A DNA stretch of 64,000 nucleotides from Octopus vulgaris (lineage: Eukaryota): positions 86,056,001 to 86,120,000 of the forward strand of contig OX597818.1 in NCBI GenBank assembly GCA_951406725.2, written 5' to 3'. Below are positions 45,328-59,674 of the stretch, piece after piece (within the stretch, counting starts at the first letter, position 1; each line of letters opens with the position of its first letter). Both the position numbers and the translations under genes were made by a program. The notes under the pieces are model-generated. The model made no database searches and was not told the DNA's origin. It saw nothing but the letters and a program-made list of their open reading frames with translations.

Positions 45328-46069
45328 ACAAGCACTCACACAAGCACTCACACACACATGCACACACATTCATATACACATATATATGTGTGTTTGTACG
45401 TGTGAATTTATATTACACGCGCACACTCATACCCATATGTGCGTCAAAACAGAAAATTTATATTTTTAAAGATTATGTAACATAACATAAATAAAATTGA
45501 AAACGGGATCTTTAAAATAAATAAAAATACAGCAAAATGATAAAAATGAAGATTAATAATACCTCGAGGATATAACATTAAGAATCTGGTGTAGATATAC
45601 GTTCAACGTTTTGTGTCAAAATTTCAGATTTTAGTAATAAATTATGTACGTTAAGCCCAAGAATGTTATATTTGATAATGAATTTAATTCGGTAAATTCA
45701 TTTATGAAGCATGTGAGATTTATTATATATTATGTTTTATTTATTATTATTATTATTTTATCTATTTCATATATACATACATATGTATTTGTATGTATGT
45801 ATATATATATATATATATGAGCGACAGAGGTAGTATTAATCCCGAGCGGTGATATTTATCAGCCCCTCAACGTGGATGTGTTATTACAACAAAGTATACT
45901 GCGGTAGATACTATGAGAGAAATTCGCATATTAGTTTTTCGTGCAAAATCGTTCCTGTTTATACCGCTAAAGGGCAGATAAATCCGTGCCATCTCCAGTG
46001 CAGAGACCACCAGATACGTGATTTCGCTCTACCTTTGTCTTCTCAATGATGGACGCTCAGCCGTTGTAT

Positions 46070-46120
<51 letters not shown>

Positions 46121-46613
46121 CATATAAATATATACACACACACGCACGCATATATGTATATAAGATTGGCTTCTTTCAATTGCCGTCTACCTAATTCACT
46201 CACAAGGCTTTGGTCGGTCCGAGGCTATAGTAGAAGACATTTGCCGAAGATGGCACGCACTGGGACTGAACTCGGAACCATGTAGCTGGGAAGTAAATTT
46301 CTTACCACACAGCCACGCATGCGCCTCTGTATATACACACACACATATGCACGTACATGCACGCACACATATATATATATATATCCATATGCAACTCACT
46401 CACAAACGTAAATGTTTATTTTACTTCAAAAGGTAAAGCATAACAGTCACTTCGAACAGTCACTTCGAAATCTCTGGTTTCTTGCCTTCGAAGTCACTGT
46501 CAGCATTTTCCTTGCAAAAGTTTAATAATCATGCAGAATACTAAAAGTACAGAATAATCCTTCACTTTAATGTTAAATTGCTTCTACATGTAACTTGATA
46601 TAAAAAACAAACA

Positions 46614-46665
<52 letters not shown>

Positions 46666-46697
46666 AATAGAAAGATGAATAATCTTGTTGCAGATTA

Positions 46698-46945
<248 letters not shown>

Positions 46946-47719
46946 TATAGAAGTCGGCCAGCTGGCAGCATCGTTAGCATCGGGGGGATAAATGCTCAGT
47001 GGCATTTTGTCTGCCTTTACTTTCTGAGTTCAAATTCTGCCGAGCTCGATTTTGCTTTTCATACTTTCGATAAAGTAAGTACCAGTTGAAATCTGAAGCC
47101 GATATGATCAACTTAACCCTTCCCCGAACTTGCAGGCCTTGTGCAAAAATTTTAAACCTACTTACATTCATTTATTTATGTATTTATGTATGTATGTATA
47201 TGTGTATATATGTATTTTTGTACGAGAAGAGAATAAAACAGATTTATCGTTTTACTATAACATCATAAATTACATATTCTTTACACGTGTGCGGTAATCG
47301 TTAGGAAGACAATTGCGTAATAACCTTTAAACATCAGATCTTCAGAAAAAGATAATCTAAGTATACTCAATGCTTGACTGGAATCTGTATAAACAGAGAT
47401 TTACATGGAGTTTTAAGCATTGCTCAACCGTTATACCATCTCATTCGAATTGGCGATCTTTCAACACGCACGCACATACTCACGCACGCAAAACGCACAC
47501 ACACACACACATATATAAAGTAAAGACAAATGGCGTTTGAGATTTACGACGGCTGCTCCAGTATAATTTCATTTATTTAATGCGGTCTTAGAAGATTACA
47601 TCTTGATAAATAATCAACCACCATCATGTAAGATGTTAAACATCTACTCAGACAAAATCATTATTAGCTGAACCAGTCTTCTTATGAATATTTATCACAC
47701 AATCACATATTCTTTTATT

Positions 47720-48062
47720 GTTTTATTCTTTTACTTGTTTCAGTCATTTGACTGCAGCCATGCTGGAGCACCACCTTTAGTCGAACAAATCGACCCCAGG
47801 ACTTATTCTTTGTAAGCCTAGTACTTAATCTATCGGTCTTTTTGCCGAACGTTATGTTACGTGTATATATATATAAGACGGGCTTCTTTCAGTTTCCGCA
47901 CACAAACATTTCGTCGGCCTGAGGCTATAGTGGAAGGCACTTGGATGTTGCAATTGGTTGCGCACCAACTGTCTTTACAGTGACCAGAGATTTTCAGTGG
48001 GACTGAACCCGGAACCATGTGGTTGGGAAACAAGCTTCTTACTACACAGCGACTCCTGCGAC
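47720..48062 (-). mobile_element. SINE family A copy with a rearranged middle
   Basis: Head at 48062-47875 and tail at 47860-47720, on the minus strand. Confidence 0.7.
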
Positions 48063-48081
48063 TATACATACATACATACAC

Positions 48082-48136
<55 letters not shown>

Positions 48137-48183
48137 AAGTAGATAAATGAATTATCTTCGTTCAGCTCCATTTCTTCCTACAC

Positions 48184-48266
<83 letters not shown>

Positions 48267-48579
48267 GTATAAGTAACGGTTGTTACCGCGTTAACGTAGT
48301 TTTTCCATACAGAACACTGCTACTACTGTTTATAACCCCAGGAGTATATCTCATGATAGTAATTGATTAAGTAAGGGTTTAAGTAATCCATATTTTATCT
48401 ATGGACCCCTTTCATTACTATTCCATTCTGGTGGACCCCCATAGCCATTCAATGTTTAAAATTATAGAAACTTCTTTCAAAATACCTATTTTGTTTTTCA
48501 CACATTAACTCGTGCAGGTTGAACTGTTTAAAATGTTAGAAAAAAAACCCTGGTTCTTGCAGTATATCTCAATACATGC

Positions 48580-48870
48580 ACCATCATCATCGTCGTCGTC
48601 GCTTAACGTCTGCCTTCCATGCTAGCATGGGTGGGACGGTTTCACAAGAGCTGGCCAGGCAAAAGCCTGCACCAGACTTCTGTGACTTTTTTTGGCAGGA
48701 CTTTTACAGCTGGATACTCTTCCTAACACCAACCACTCAGCAGAGTGGACTTAGTGCTTTTTACATGACACAAGCACAGGTGAGGTCAGTTTTGGATACC
48801 CTTCCGAACACTGGACAGCTATATATCCTTCCGAACACCAACCACTTTACTGTGTGGACTTGGTGTTTTT
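48580..48870 (-). mobile_element. RTE-derived non-autonomous retroposon/SINE fragment
   Basis: Minus strand GGTTGGTGTTAGGAAGAGTATCCAGCTGTAAAA (RTE 5'-like, repeated) and end GCATGGAAGGCAGACGTTAAG + (GAC/GAT)n. Confidence 0.55.
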
Positions 48871-49022
48871 AAGTGGTCACCCTAAATAAAAATTCTTTTC
48901 GGGGGCCTTAAAATACTGTTGTAAATTCTCAATTTACTACTTTATTAAGTGAAGCCCCCTGAGGGTCTATATTGAGAACCTATGAAGTAGCCAGAAGATG
49001 GATTTGGTATTACTCTTTATTT

Positions 49023-49128
49023 TATACGACGATCGTTTCGACCCATCCAGCTACAGTTCCTTATAGGTGGGACTTCATGCATTATGTTGTGATGCATCAA
49101 TCTTGCTGTCTGGGTCACATAAGGTACA
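49023..49128 (-). ncRNA. Degenerate hammerhead ribozyme fold (Penelope-like)
   Basis: Minus strand TGTAC-CTTATGT-GACCCA..TGGGTC-GAAA-CGATCGTC-GTATA, followed by AATAAA. The core CTGATGA carries two mutations. Confidence 0.5.
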
Positions 49129-49433
49129 CTTCTACATAAGGTGGTGTCTCGCTAAAGATCTTGAGTTTAGGCGGCCGTGTCGTTATTTTACCGTTGATTT
49201 AGGGAATGAAGCATTTCTACAATTTTGTTAAATTTCCATAACAAATATTGGTAAATATAAACATATACACTGTAGATAAGAAAGAAAGAAAAAGAAGAAA
49301 AAACTTTATGCAGTGGAAGTACAGCTTCAGGATTCGCGAAGGCATCTGTGCGAGTTGTTTTAATTGCATGAAACGAATAGTAGCTCATAATAAATATATA
49401 TATTCTATTTATTAAATAACACGCACACGCACG

Positions 49434-49540
<107 letters not shown>

Positions 49541-49689
49541 GTTGCAGTCTAATATTCACTGACAAGGTATCTGTCTGCAGGAACTGAATCAGAAGACACT
49601 TGCTCATGGTACCGCATTATTTAGTTACAAACAATGATTCTAAACAACACATCCATGTCTAAGATCTTATATTATACATGACATTACTG

Positions 49690-49741
<52 letters not shown>

Positions 49742-49796
49742 ATATCAATTACTAAGGTGGCTTTTTCGCAATTTACAACCAAAAGGCACAAATATA

Positions 49797-50048
49797 GACG
49801 TCACCAAGGCGACTGAGGGTGCAATCCAGCACCAGTATTCCTAGAAATATGAGTCAGAAGACCTCTTAGCCACGTGAAGCAATTATCTAATGACGAAATC
49901 ATCAGTGATATGGCTCTGTCTAGCTTGATGTGGGGTGCTGGTCTTCCTTAGTAATGAGATAAGTTCTTCCCGTGGCTAAGAGCTGTTCTGACTCTTATTT
50001 CTAACAATGCTAGTGCTGGCTAGCACCCCCGGTTACCTTAGTGACGTC
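49797..50048. mobile_element. MITE with ~100-bp TIRs and a TA target duplication
   Basis: TA|GACGTCACCAAGG..CTCTTAGCCACG is the inverse of CGTGGCTAAGAG..CCTTAGTGACGTC|TA. Confidence 0.8.
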
Positions 50049-50213
50049 TAAATTTACAAGTTTTTTTTTCATTCTCTCTCTGTTTATTTTCCCGTATTCC
50101 TTTCTGTTGAAACGTAAATGACTTTTTCATTATCCCGAGCATCAAACTAATACACCTGCCTGTTGTTCATACACCTGTCTTCGTCTTTTATTTTTCTATA
50201 AATTTCAACTGTT

Positions 50214-50245
<32 letters not shown>

Positions 50246-50279
50246 TGTATGTATGTATGTATGTATGTATGTATGTCTA

Positions 50280-50358
<79 letters not shown>

Positions 50359-52497
50359 CTATATATACAGTAATATTTATTTTTATGTTCAGTTATAATA
50401 AAAACAATTTTACATAAATCTGAAGGTTTCCTCCACAGTTTTGTAGCGTGCAAAGATATAAATAAATCATCATACACCCCTTCTTTTCCTTTCATTTATC
50501 ACTTATTTTTCTATATCACTTATCCTGGATGTCTGAAGCACACCCTTATTTGACATACCGACCTTGTTCATGTCTGCTTTTAACAGAGTTCAATCCATTG
50601 GACCAAAACCCGTATTCCATCCCTGTCTTCATTTTTGCAGAAAACATTAATTTGTAGACATTTAGCCTAAACATCGGCTACCTTCATCTTGTCAGTTTCG
50701 GAAGGCCTACAAAAGATATGGGCTTCTAAATTCTGTAATAATATATTAAAATATTCTTTAATTCCACCAAAAACAAAAATAGCTTTACTTTTATTTGAAA
50801 TAAATATAAAATTGATTTAGCAAAAATATCGTTGCTAAAATTTTATTGTAAACATTAAAAAAAAATCTTACTTAGATTTAATCTAATAACAAACCATAAA
50901 AATATTCGTATTTATCTTTTATTTTATGGTAAACATGAAACAATATATGATGTTTATTAAAAAAATATTCTGACTTTGATTTTATTGGAAGCATTAAAGC
51001 AAATTATAGTATGTGAACGATAACGTTTTGTTTTAGATGTCACATCCGTTTGGAAAAACAGTAAATTTTGTACAATTATAAAAGAGACAATTTGCTTTTT
51101 ATTTTTATTTTTTATAAATGTAGCAGGATTTTAAATTTCACAGCTTGTTTTTTTTTTTTTAAAAAAAGTAGACATTTGAATGTATAAATATATATATATT
51201 TTCTCGTAAGACAGTTGACGATGAAAAATACGACTTACTTGCAGACAACAGACGACACCAAACAAGTAGTGGTCATCTGTTTCCAAAGTTGGATATAAAA
51301 ATATCACTTAGGTGCAGGTCCTGTAAAGTTGCAGCTCTGCGAAAAAAAAAAAAAAACCCGGTAGAATAAGTACTAGGCTTAGATAAAAGAAGTCCTGGGG
51401 TCGAATTGTTCGACCTTCAAGGTGATACCCCAGCATGTCCGCCGTGTAATGCGTAAAAGAAGTAAAAGGCAATAGATAAAAAGAAATAGAAAAGTAAATA
51501 AAAGCACTTTATAATTGAACTACCTTAAGTCTAAATTACTATTCGCATAGACTTCTACTCTCAGAACCGACGAGTACGAAATCACCACCATGTTATTCAA
51601 GCCCTTTAAAGATCTAAAACAGTGAATAATGCACTCTTAAGTAATACATGTTCAGCAAGAACGGCGAAAATATGCGTAACTGAAAAAATCAGAATAAAGA
51701 TGAAATCTCTTCAGAGTCCGTTTCGAGAACTTGCTGGAAAATATGTGTGTAAAAATAAAATATTAATATTGTTTGTTTCTCACAGCATAATAACTTTTTG
51801 TTAAATTTTAAATTTCTCGGTTATTTACCTAAACTGAAAACAGCCTGAAGATTGTCTCTGCTATGAATTTTGCTTAAAGCAGTAAAGTTCAAAATATCAA
51901 CGCAAAGAAAGATACGGACACGCATACCTCCTCCCCATGCACTTACTACCTCGTTTGTTAGTTTGTCTCATTTCCATAAGCACCCGGACTATTATACGAT
52001 CATTGCAAATTTAATTAAACTATTTTCTTGTGTGTGTGTGTGTAATTTTTTGACTATTGGGCTAATGTCAGTTTGTGTGTTGAGTAAAGCACGTTCACAG
52101 GTTGGGCTACCTGGTGTCATCCACACAATTAGATGCATAATATTCTACCCATAACGGACAGTTGCAGCATGGATCGGAATGATCGTCGTACTGAATAAAG
52201 ACTATTGCTAAATCTGTCTTCCGTCTCCTTCATCAATTATTATTATTATTATTATTATATGTATATATGCAATGTGTGTGTAGATAAACTGGAACGGTTA
52301 TCGAAGCAGATAAAGCCATAACAAATAGTGTGTAAATGCTGGATTAAAAGAAACACTTGCATAGATTTATGCCGAATGCCTAATGGATTCGAACTCACAT
52401 GCCTTGTAGTGACAGGCGTTCTACCACTGGACCAAAGCAATCTTTCGAATTTTTCTATCCATCTTTATAACGTCAACAATACATATGCGCGTGCGTA

Positions 52498-52530
<33 letters not shown>

Positions 52531-52809
52531 ATGTATGTATGTATGTATGTATGTACGTATGTATGTTTGTATAGAGATATATTTTCAAGCTAAAAAGCGA
52601 GGTCTTTATATCATACCGAGTTTATACTTATTAGAAATTAGTCTCTAATCCTTTTACTTCTCAGAGTTTCGCGTTTTTAAGGCACATATATCTCACGGTC
52701 AGACAACATTTGGCGGAATTGAGGAAACTTCCTCTGCGACACAGCAACTTGTAGAATTTTGAATAGTGAAGGTGTGCAAAATCATCGAATACATCGCTAA
52801 ATAAAAATA

Positions 52810-53030
52810 TTGATTTCAAATTTTAGCGCAAATCTAGCAATTTCGAAGGAAAGTTGTAATGTAAGTCGATTACATCGACCCTAGTGTTGAACTGGTACTT
52901 ATTTTATCGATTCTGATAGGATTAAAAGTAAAGTCTACCACGGTGGAATTTGAACTCAGGAGATGAAGACTGACGAAATACCACTAAGCATTTTGCTCGG
53001 CGTGCTAACGATTCTGCCAGCTCACCGCTT
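52810..53030 (-). mobile_element. SINE family B copy
   Basis: Reverse complement of the head, core and TTTGAAATCAAT tail. Confidence 0.75.
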
Positions 53031-53051
53031 TACTAAATAGAAATACTGATC

Positions 53052-53199
53052 GGAGTGGCTGTGTGGTAAGTAGCTTGCTTACGAACCACATGGTTCCGGG
53101 TTCAGTCCCACTGCGTGGGACCTTGGGTAAGTGTCTTCTACTATAGCCTCGGGCCAACCAAAGAGTTGTGAGTGGATTTGGTAGATGGAAACTGAAAGA

Positions 53200-53235
<36 letters not shown>

Positions 53236-53473
53236 GTGTATATGCTTGGGTGTCTGTGTTTGTCCACCACCCCCACCCCCACCCCTACCAACATCGCTCG
53301 ACAATCGATGCTGGTGCGATTACGTCCTCGTATGCTAACGGTTCGGCGAAAGCGACCGATAGAATAAGTACTAAGCTTACAAAGAATATGTCCTGGGCGC
53401 GATTTGCTCGACTAAAGGTGGTGCTTCAGCATGGCCACAGTCAAATGACTGAAACAAATAAAAGAGTAAAAGA
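53052..53473 (+). mobile_element. SINE family A, full copy
   Basis: Homologous to 57409-57822. Confidence 0.85.
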
Positions 53474-54137
53474 GCATATCAAATTTTGTCACAAGGCCAG
53501 CAATTTTGGGGAGGGGGTAAGTCGATTACAACGAGTCCGGTGTTCAACTGCTACTTATTTTATCAACTGCGGTGAGATGAAAGGCAAAGTCACCCCCGGT
53601 GGATTTTGACTCAGAACGTAAAGATTGAATAGAAATAATGCTTGCTAAACTACAAAAGTGCACAGAATGCATAGGAAATTATTTATGCATCTATACACTC
53701 TTTTGCCGGTATAGTATAGCTTGCATACTTCATGTCTAATAAATCTACCCCTCCTCCTCACCCCCACACATATTCACTTATATGCATGTACATAAAGCAA
53801 ACAATACACAATAATTGCATTCTCATATTTTCCTGCGTTTTATGTTCACATTCAGTGTATACGAACCAATGAATTGACAGACAAATAGATATAGTTGAAC
53901 AAATATATAGATACGTAAACGTTCGCCAGTACGCATGCACCTGAATATTAACACACCTACATATATACACGCACACACACATCATAAATATATATGTTTA
54001 CATATACTATGTACTGTATACCTTATGTATATACTTATACGTGCGTACGTATGTGTGTGGGAGGGAGGCTTACTTAAACGTCAGATACGTTTGCTCGGTG
54101 TACTATACCGACAAAAGCGTGTGCGTTTGTGTGTGTG

Positions 54138-54177
<40 letters not shown>

Positions 54178-54595
54178 CACATTAATGTACATTCACGTAG
54201 TATTCGATCACGTATTGTTATATACACGTAATTTCAGACAATCATTCGCTTGGACATCTTCACACGCGAACAAGCTCGTGTACACGTTCGCACTCGTGCA
54301 TGCGGCATCTATATACAAGATATGTCATGCAGATAGTTACTGCCCACAGATATATGGCTAACACAGAGCGAAATGAAAAAGATGGAGATGCGAAACGAGA
54401 AGGAAAGCAATTGAACTGAAATACAATGAAGTTCAGTGAAATACGTGGAGTTACAAAGAAAAGAATTTCATACATAATTTATCCATGTTATATTTCCGCA
54501 CGAGCTCTATACTAGTCTCTTCATATTACTCTTTGTAATCCCACGTATTCGTTTTGTATTCTTTATACTTTTCCTGATATAAGCGCGAGCGTTTA

Positions 54596-55078
54596 GCGTG
54601 GCTGTGTGGTAAGAAGTCTGCTTTCCAGCCACATGATTCCCGGTTCAGTCCCACTGCGTGTCCATTTGTACAAAAGTTTTCTACAATAGCCTCGGTTCGA
54701 CCAAAGCCTTGTGAATGGTTCTGGTAGACAGAAAATGAAGAAAAAGCCCATCGTATAGCCGCAGGCGTGTCTGTGTGGTAAGAAGCTTGCTTCCTAACCA
54801 CATGGTTCGGGATCTAGTCTCACTGTGGGGCACCTTAGGCAAGTATCTTCTACTATAGCCTCGGGCCGACCAAAGCCTTGTAAGTGGATTTGGTTGACGG
54901 AAACTGGAAGAAGCCCGTGCCCGTCGTATATATATATTCTTGTATTCTTTTACTCGTTTCCGTCATTTGACTGGGGCTATGCTGGAGCACCGCTTTTAGT
55001 CGAACATATCGATCCTAGGACTTACTATTTGTAAGCCTAGAACTTATTCTATCGGCCTCTTTTGCCGAACGCTAAGTT

Positions 55079-55115
<37 letters not shown>

Positions 55116-55280
55116 CGACGGGTTTCGAGTTTCTTTCAGTTTCTGTCCACAAAATCCACTCGCAAGGTTTGGGTCGGCCTGAATCTATACTAGAAGATAC
55201 TTACCCAAGATCCCACGCAGTGGGACTGAATCCAGAATTTTGTGATTTGGAAGCTAGCTCCTTACCACACAGCTACGCCT
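54596..55280. mobile_element. Cluster of SINE family A copies (two + heads, one - copy)
   Basis: Heads at about 54596 and 54760 on +; a minus-strand copy at about 54945-55280. Confidence 0.8.
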
Positions 55281-55879
55281 GTATAATGCCTGAACTGAAA
55301 CAGAAAAAAAAAAATGAATGATATAAATACTATATTTTCTTCATTTCTTTTCTATTCTCATTATAACTATATCTCCATTTTCGTGTTGCTATCTTTTCTT
55401 ATTTCTATATCTACATTCGTCTGAGCGTATTGATTTTAATTTACGTTCATACAATTGTGTATGGGTTAGCAAAGCCTAGGGTCATAATTTCGAGTAATCG
55501 GCTGCCAGTGGCTTTAAATTCTTAAAGAAGACGTACCTTTTGTAACAATAGTAGGAGAGGTCACTTTTCGTATATGCAGTTTTCCTTATGGAAGTAGAGG
55601 AGGCCAATGTGATGAACTCTAAGGGAGTAAAGAAGAGTCCTCAGAAGAAAACACTGGAGGAACCCAAGGAAACTGCTTCCATGGTTCTGGAGTGTCCGGA
55701 TAAAGCAGGAGCAGAGGGTGGAGTTTTCACTGTCCCTACCCTTGAAAGCGTTCTTTATTTTTGCATAAATCTTTCAGTGGACTCATCGGCTGACATAACC
55801 ATCTAAAGAAATAAAGAAAGAGAGACAGAGATGGGGAGGGAGAGAGAGGTAAAGTGAGAGAGAGGTAATGAAAGAGTCA

Positions 55880-56120
55880 TGGCGACGAGCTGGCGGCGAG
55901 CTGGCAGAAACGTTAGCACGCCGGGCGAAATGCTTAGCGGTATTTCGTCTGCGTTACGTTGTGAGTTCGAATTCCGCCGAGGTATACTTTGCCTTTCATC
56001 GTTTCGGGGTCGATAAATTAAGCACCAGTTACGCACTGGGGTCGATGTAATCGACTTAATACCTATGTCTGTCCTCGTTTGTCCCCTCTGTGTTTAGCCC
56101 CTTGTGGGTAATAAAGAAAT
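55880..56120 (+). mobile_element. Full-length SINE family B with a Tx1-like tail and a 17-bp TSD
   Basis: TSD AGGTAATGAAAGAGTCA at 55863-55879 and 56121-56137. tRNA-like head, Meta-like core, tail ..TAGCCCCTTGTGGGTAATAAAGAAAT. Confidence 0.9.
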
Positions 56121-56738
56121 AGGTAATGAAAGAGTCAAAGAGAAAGACAGAGAGACTCGTTTACTACATTCCATCTTTATAACTGTATAAAGTGGTGGGA
56201 GCACTGTTCGTTGGCGGGTGCCACAGTTATGAGTCTACAGCTGCATCCTGTCCGTCGAAATTGCGTATTCACAGCTAACCTTTAAATCTATAGATTTATA
56301 CATTCATGTCTCGAGGTTATTCGACTCTACGCCACAGGTTGATGCGAACTATAACGCTAGAGAAGCTCTACAATGGAACGGACACACACACACACATACA
56401 CACACACACATACACACACACACACACACACAGAGCAAGAGAGAGAAAGAGAAGGAGAAAGAAAGATAAGGATGGAGACTATCAATTAGCTAATTAAGCA
56501 CAATGTGATCATTTAGTTGATGGGTCGAAGCAAGTGTACGGGTGACAGACAGATGAGAGAGACAAAGACGACCCTGTAGACGAGGAAAGTAGATAAGGCA
56601 ATTAATCCGTAGACATTGTAAACAATATGCTGGCCAGGAAATGTTACACCCACGCTCCAGTATCAATCGAAACATTACATCTTTGTCCGACCTGGCAGAC
56701 AGACATATCGTACTCACATAGATTGCACACGCGCATTC

Positions 56739-56773
<35 letters not shown>

Positions 56774-56844
56774 TACATATATATATATATGCATATATAT
56801 ATACATTATATATGTGTAAGTGTAGGTATGTACATGTATGTATG

Positions 56845-56876
<32 letters not shown>

Positions 56877-57408
56877 GATGCATATATATACAATACATAC
56901 GTACATATAACACATATACACATACTTACACATATTCACACATACAAACAGACATGCATATATACATACATACATACATATACATACATACATGCATACA
57001 TACATATATACATACATACATACATACATACATACATACATACATACATACATACATACGGAAGCTATCGACTCATAAACGCATATGACCATCACTGGCA
57101 AATTATCTTATCCTAGATGTTAAAGAGAATGAGTAGTTGTGATGCCTGAGCTGAAATTTGAAATCAATAACAACCACCAATGCAACATCGCTAAGACTCT
57201 CACCTACAAAGCCAAGTAATCCGAGAACAAGCAGGAGCAGGATCTCTGGCTTTGCAATGGTGGGAGGGGAGTATTCTTTCGGAATTTCTTCCTCCTAAAG
57301 AGATGTGTCTAAAGAAAGATTAGGGATCTCCCAATCCCAGTTGTTGGGTAGCTGTTGACTCTACTGTGTTCATCTGTCCTTTGACAGGATTTGTTTGTCG
57401 ACATACAT

Positions 57409-57822
57409 AGGCGCAGGAGTGGCTGTGTGGTAAGTAGCTTGCTAACCAACCACATGGTTCCGGGTTCAGTCCCACTGCGTAGCATCTTGGGCAAGTGTCT
57501 TCTGCTATAGCCCCGGGCCGACCAATGCCTTGTGAGTGGATTTGGTTGACGGAAACTGAAAGAAGCCTGTCGTATATATGTATATATATGTATATGTATG
57601 TATGTGCATGTGTTTGTGTGTCTGTGTTTGTACCACTAGCATTGCTTGACAACCGATGCTGGTGTGTTTACGTCCCCGTCACTTAGCGGTTCGGCAAAAG
57701 AGACCGATAGAATAAGTACTGGGCTTACAACGAATAAGTCCCGGGGTCGATTTGCTCGACTAAAGGCGGTGCTCCAGCATGGCCGCAGTCAAATGACTGA
57801 AACAAGTAAAAGAGTAAAAGAG
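57409..57822 (+). mobile_element. SINE family A, full copy
   Basis: GGCGCAGGAGTGGCTGTGTGGTAAG head, internal TA/TG spacer, (GTAAAAGA)n tail. Confidence 0.9.
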
Positions 57823-58911
57823 TATACATACATACCTACATACATACATACATACATACATACATACTTACATGCATACATACATACATACATACATACA
57901 CATACACATAAATACATAAATACATACATAAATACATACATACATACATGCATGCATACATACATACATATATACATACATACATACATACATACATACA
58001 TGCATACATACATACACATACACATACACATAAATACATACATACATACATACATGCATACATACATACACATACACATAAACACATAAATACATATATA
58101 CATGCATGCATGCATACATATATACATACATACACATACACATAAATACATAACTACATACATCCATGCATACATACACACATATACATGCATACATACA
58201 TGAATACATACACACACATATATGCATACATACATGCATAAAAATATACGTATTCATAGAGAACTATACACACAAACATATACATACGTACATATATACA
58301 TTAAAACATACACATATATATATATATATATGCATAAATACAAACGTATACGTACACAAATATATATACATATATATACACAAACATAGACATGCATACA
58401 TAATACATACACGCATACGTGCCTGCACACACAAACGCACACATACACAAACACACAAAAACACACACTTACACACACACATACACACACACACACCCTC
58501 TCACACACATATACAGAGAAACAGGCAACTGCTAGGCAGACGACCAGCGTCACAGGCGGACACACATAACTATCTAGTTGAAGTCCAAATTCCTAAAAGA
58601 GGGCCTTGGATCTAGATTGCAAACAGACGTTTTTATATTGCTGGGAATTGCTTTAAATATAATCAGATCGCATGTAAATAGACACACACACACACACACA
58701 CAGATGCACGCAAGCACACACACATGCACGCACGCACGCAAGCACACACATACACGCACGTACACATACAACGATGCATGTATAAATACATACATACGTA
58801 TACATGAGTGTACGTGTGTGTGTGTGTAAGCATCCATTCAGATAGATAAGATAAACATACTTAGACATCAATGCATATAGATATATATATCTATACATAC
58901 ACACACACACA

Positions 58912-58988
<77 letters not shown>

Positions 58989-59456
58989 GTCCATACATAC
59001 ATAAATACATTGATGGGGAAACGTAGTGTATACATACAGACAAAAGATTTTACACAGGTGTCTTTCACGAAGGCTCATGAACGATACATTACTGATAGGA
59101 AAACCCGCCATTGTTACATTGCATCACGTCTCGAAGGAAATGCTTTTGTAATCCAAAAGCAGAACACAATAACTAAATATTTGATGAACAATAGAAACTA
59201 AAACCTTTATACTCTCGAGATACTACGAATATGATGATTATGTCATGCAAAATGACATAATCGCGCTATTAAAACAACGTACACTGCTACCCTATGTATT
59301 GCAATAGATATTGTTTATAGGATTTACAAAAAGCATATTCTTACCGTTGTGTATATCCACACGTCTCTATAATATTGATAGAGAATTCAGTAAAAGCTCT
59401 GCTAAAATCAATCAGCGTAGGCTTGATAAAATTGTTTGGAACAGAAAATACTACGT

Positions 59457-59674
59457 CGGAACAGCTTGCTTGTGAAACTAACGTGCAAGTGGCTGAGCAT
59501 TCCACAGAATGAGACAAGTCTGGCCCTTTGAATTACAAGTACTACTCATTTTTGCCATTTAAGTGGACTAGAGCAATGTTAAATAAAGTGTCTTGCTCAA
59601 GGACACAACGCGCTGCCAGGAATCGAACTCATGATCGTAAGCCGAATACCCTAACCACTAAGCCACGCGCCTTC
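59457..59674 (-). mobile_element. CORE-type SINE with a third type of downstream module
   Basis: Minus strand GGCGCGTGGCTTAGTGGTTAGGG..GTTGTGTCCTTGAGCAAGACACTTTA, then CAGCCACTTGCACGTTAG. Confidence 0.7.

Noticed and set aside
48370-48983. hAT-type MITE
   Set aside because: The right end TTGAGAACCTATG is suggestive, but a matching left TIR and 8-bp TSD were not found.
52370-52440. tRNA gene on the minus strand
   Set aside because: A and B boxes are present, but there is no complete cloverleaf or acceptor stem; it is probably a SINE head.
55490-55806. LINE ORF1 or host exon (MEVEEANVMNSK...)
   Set aside because: Only a very degenerate zinc-knuckle-like hint; too weak to call.
55880-55890. 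TGGCGACGAGC as a Gypsy PBS
   Set aside because: Better explained as a duplication of the SINE's first 11 nt; there is no LTR upstream.
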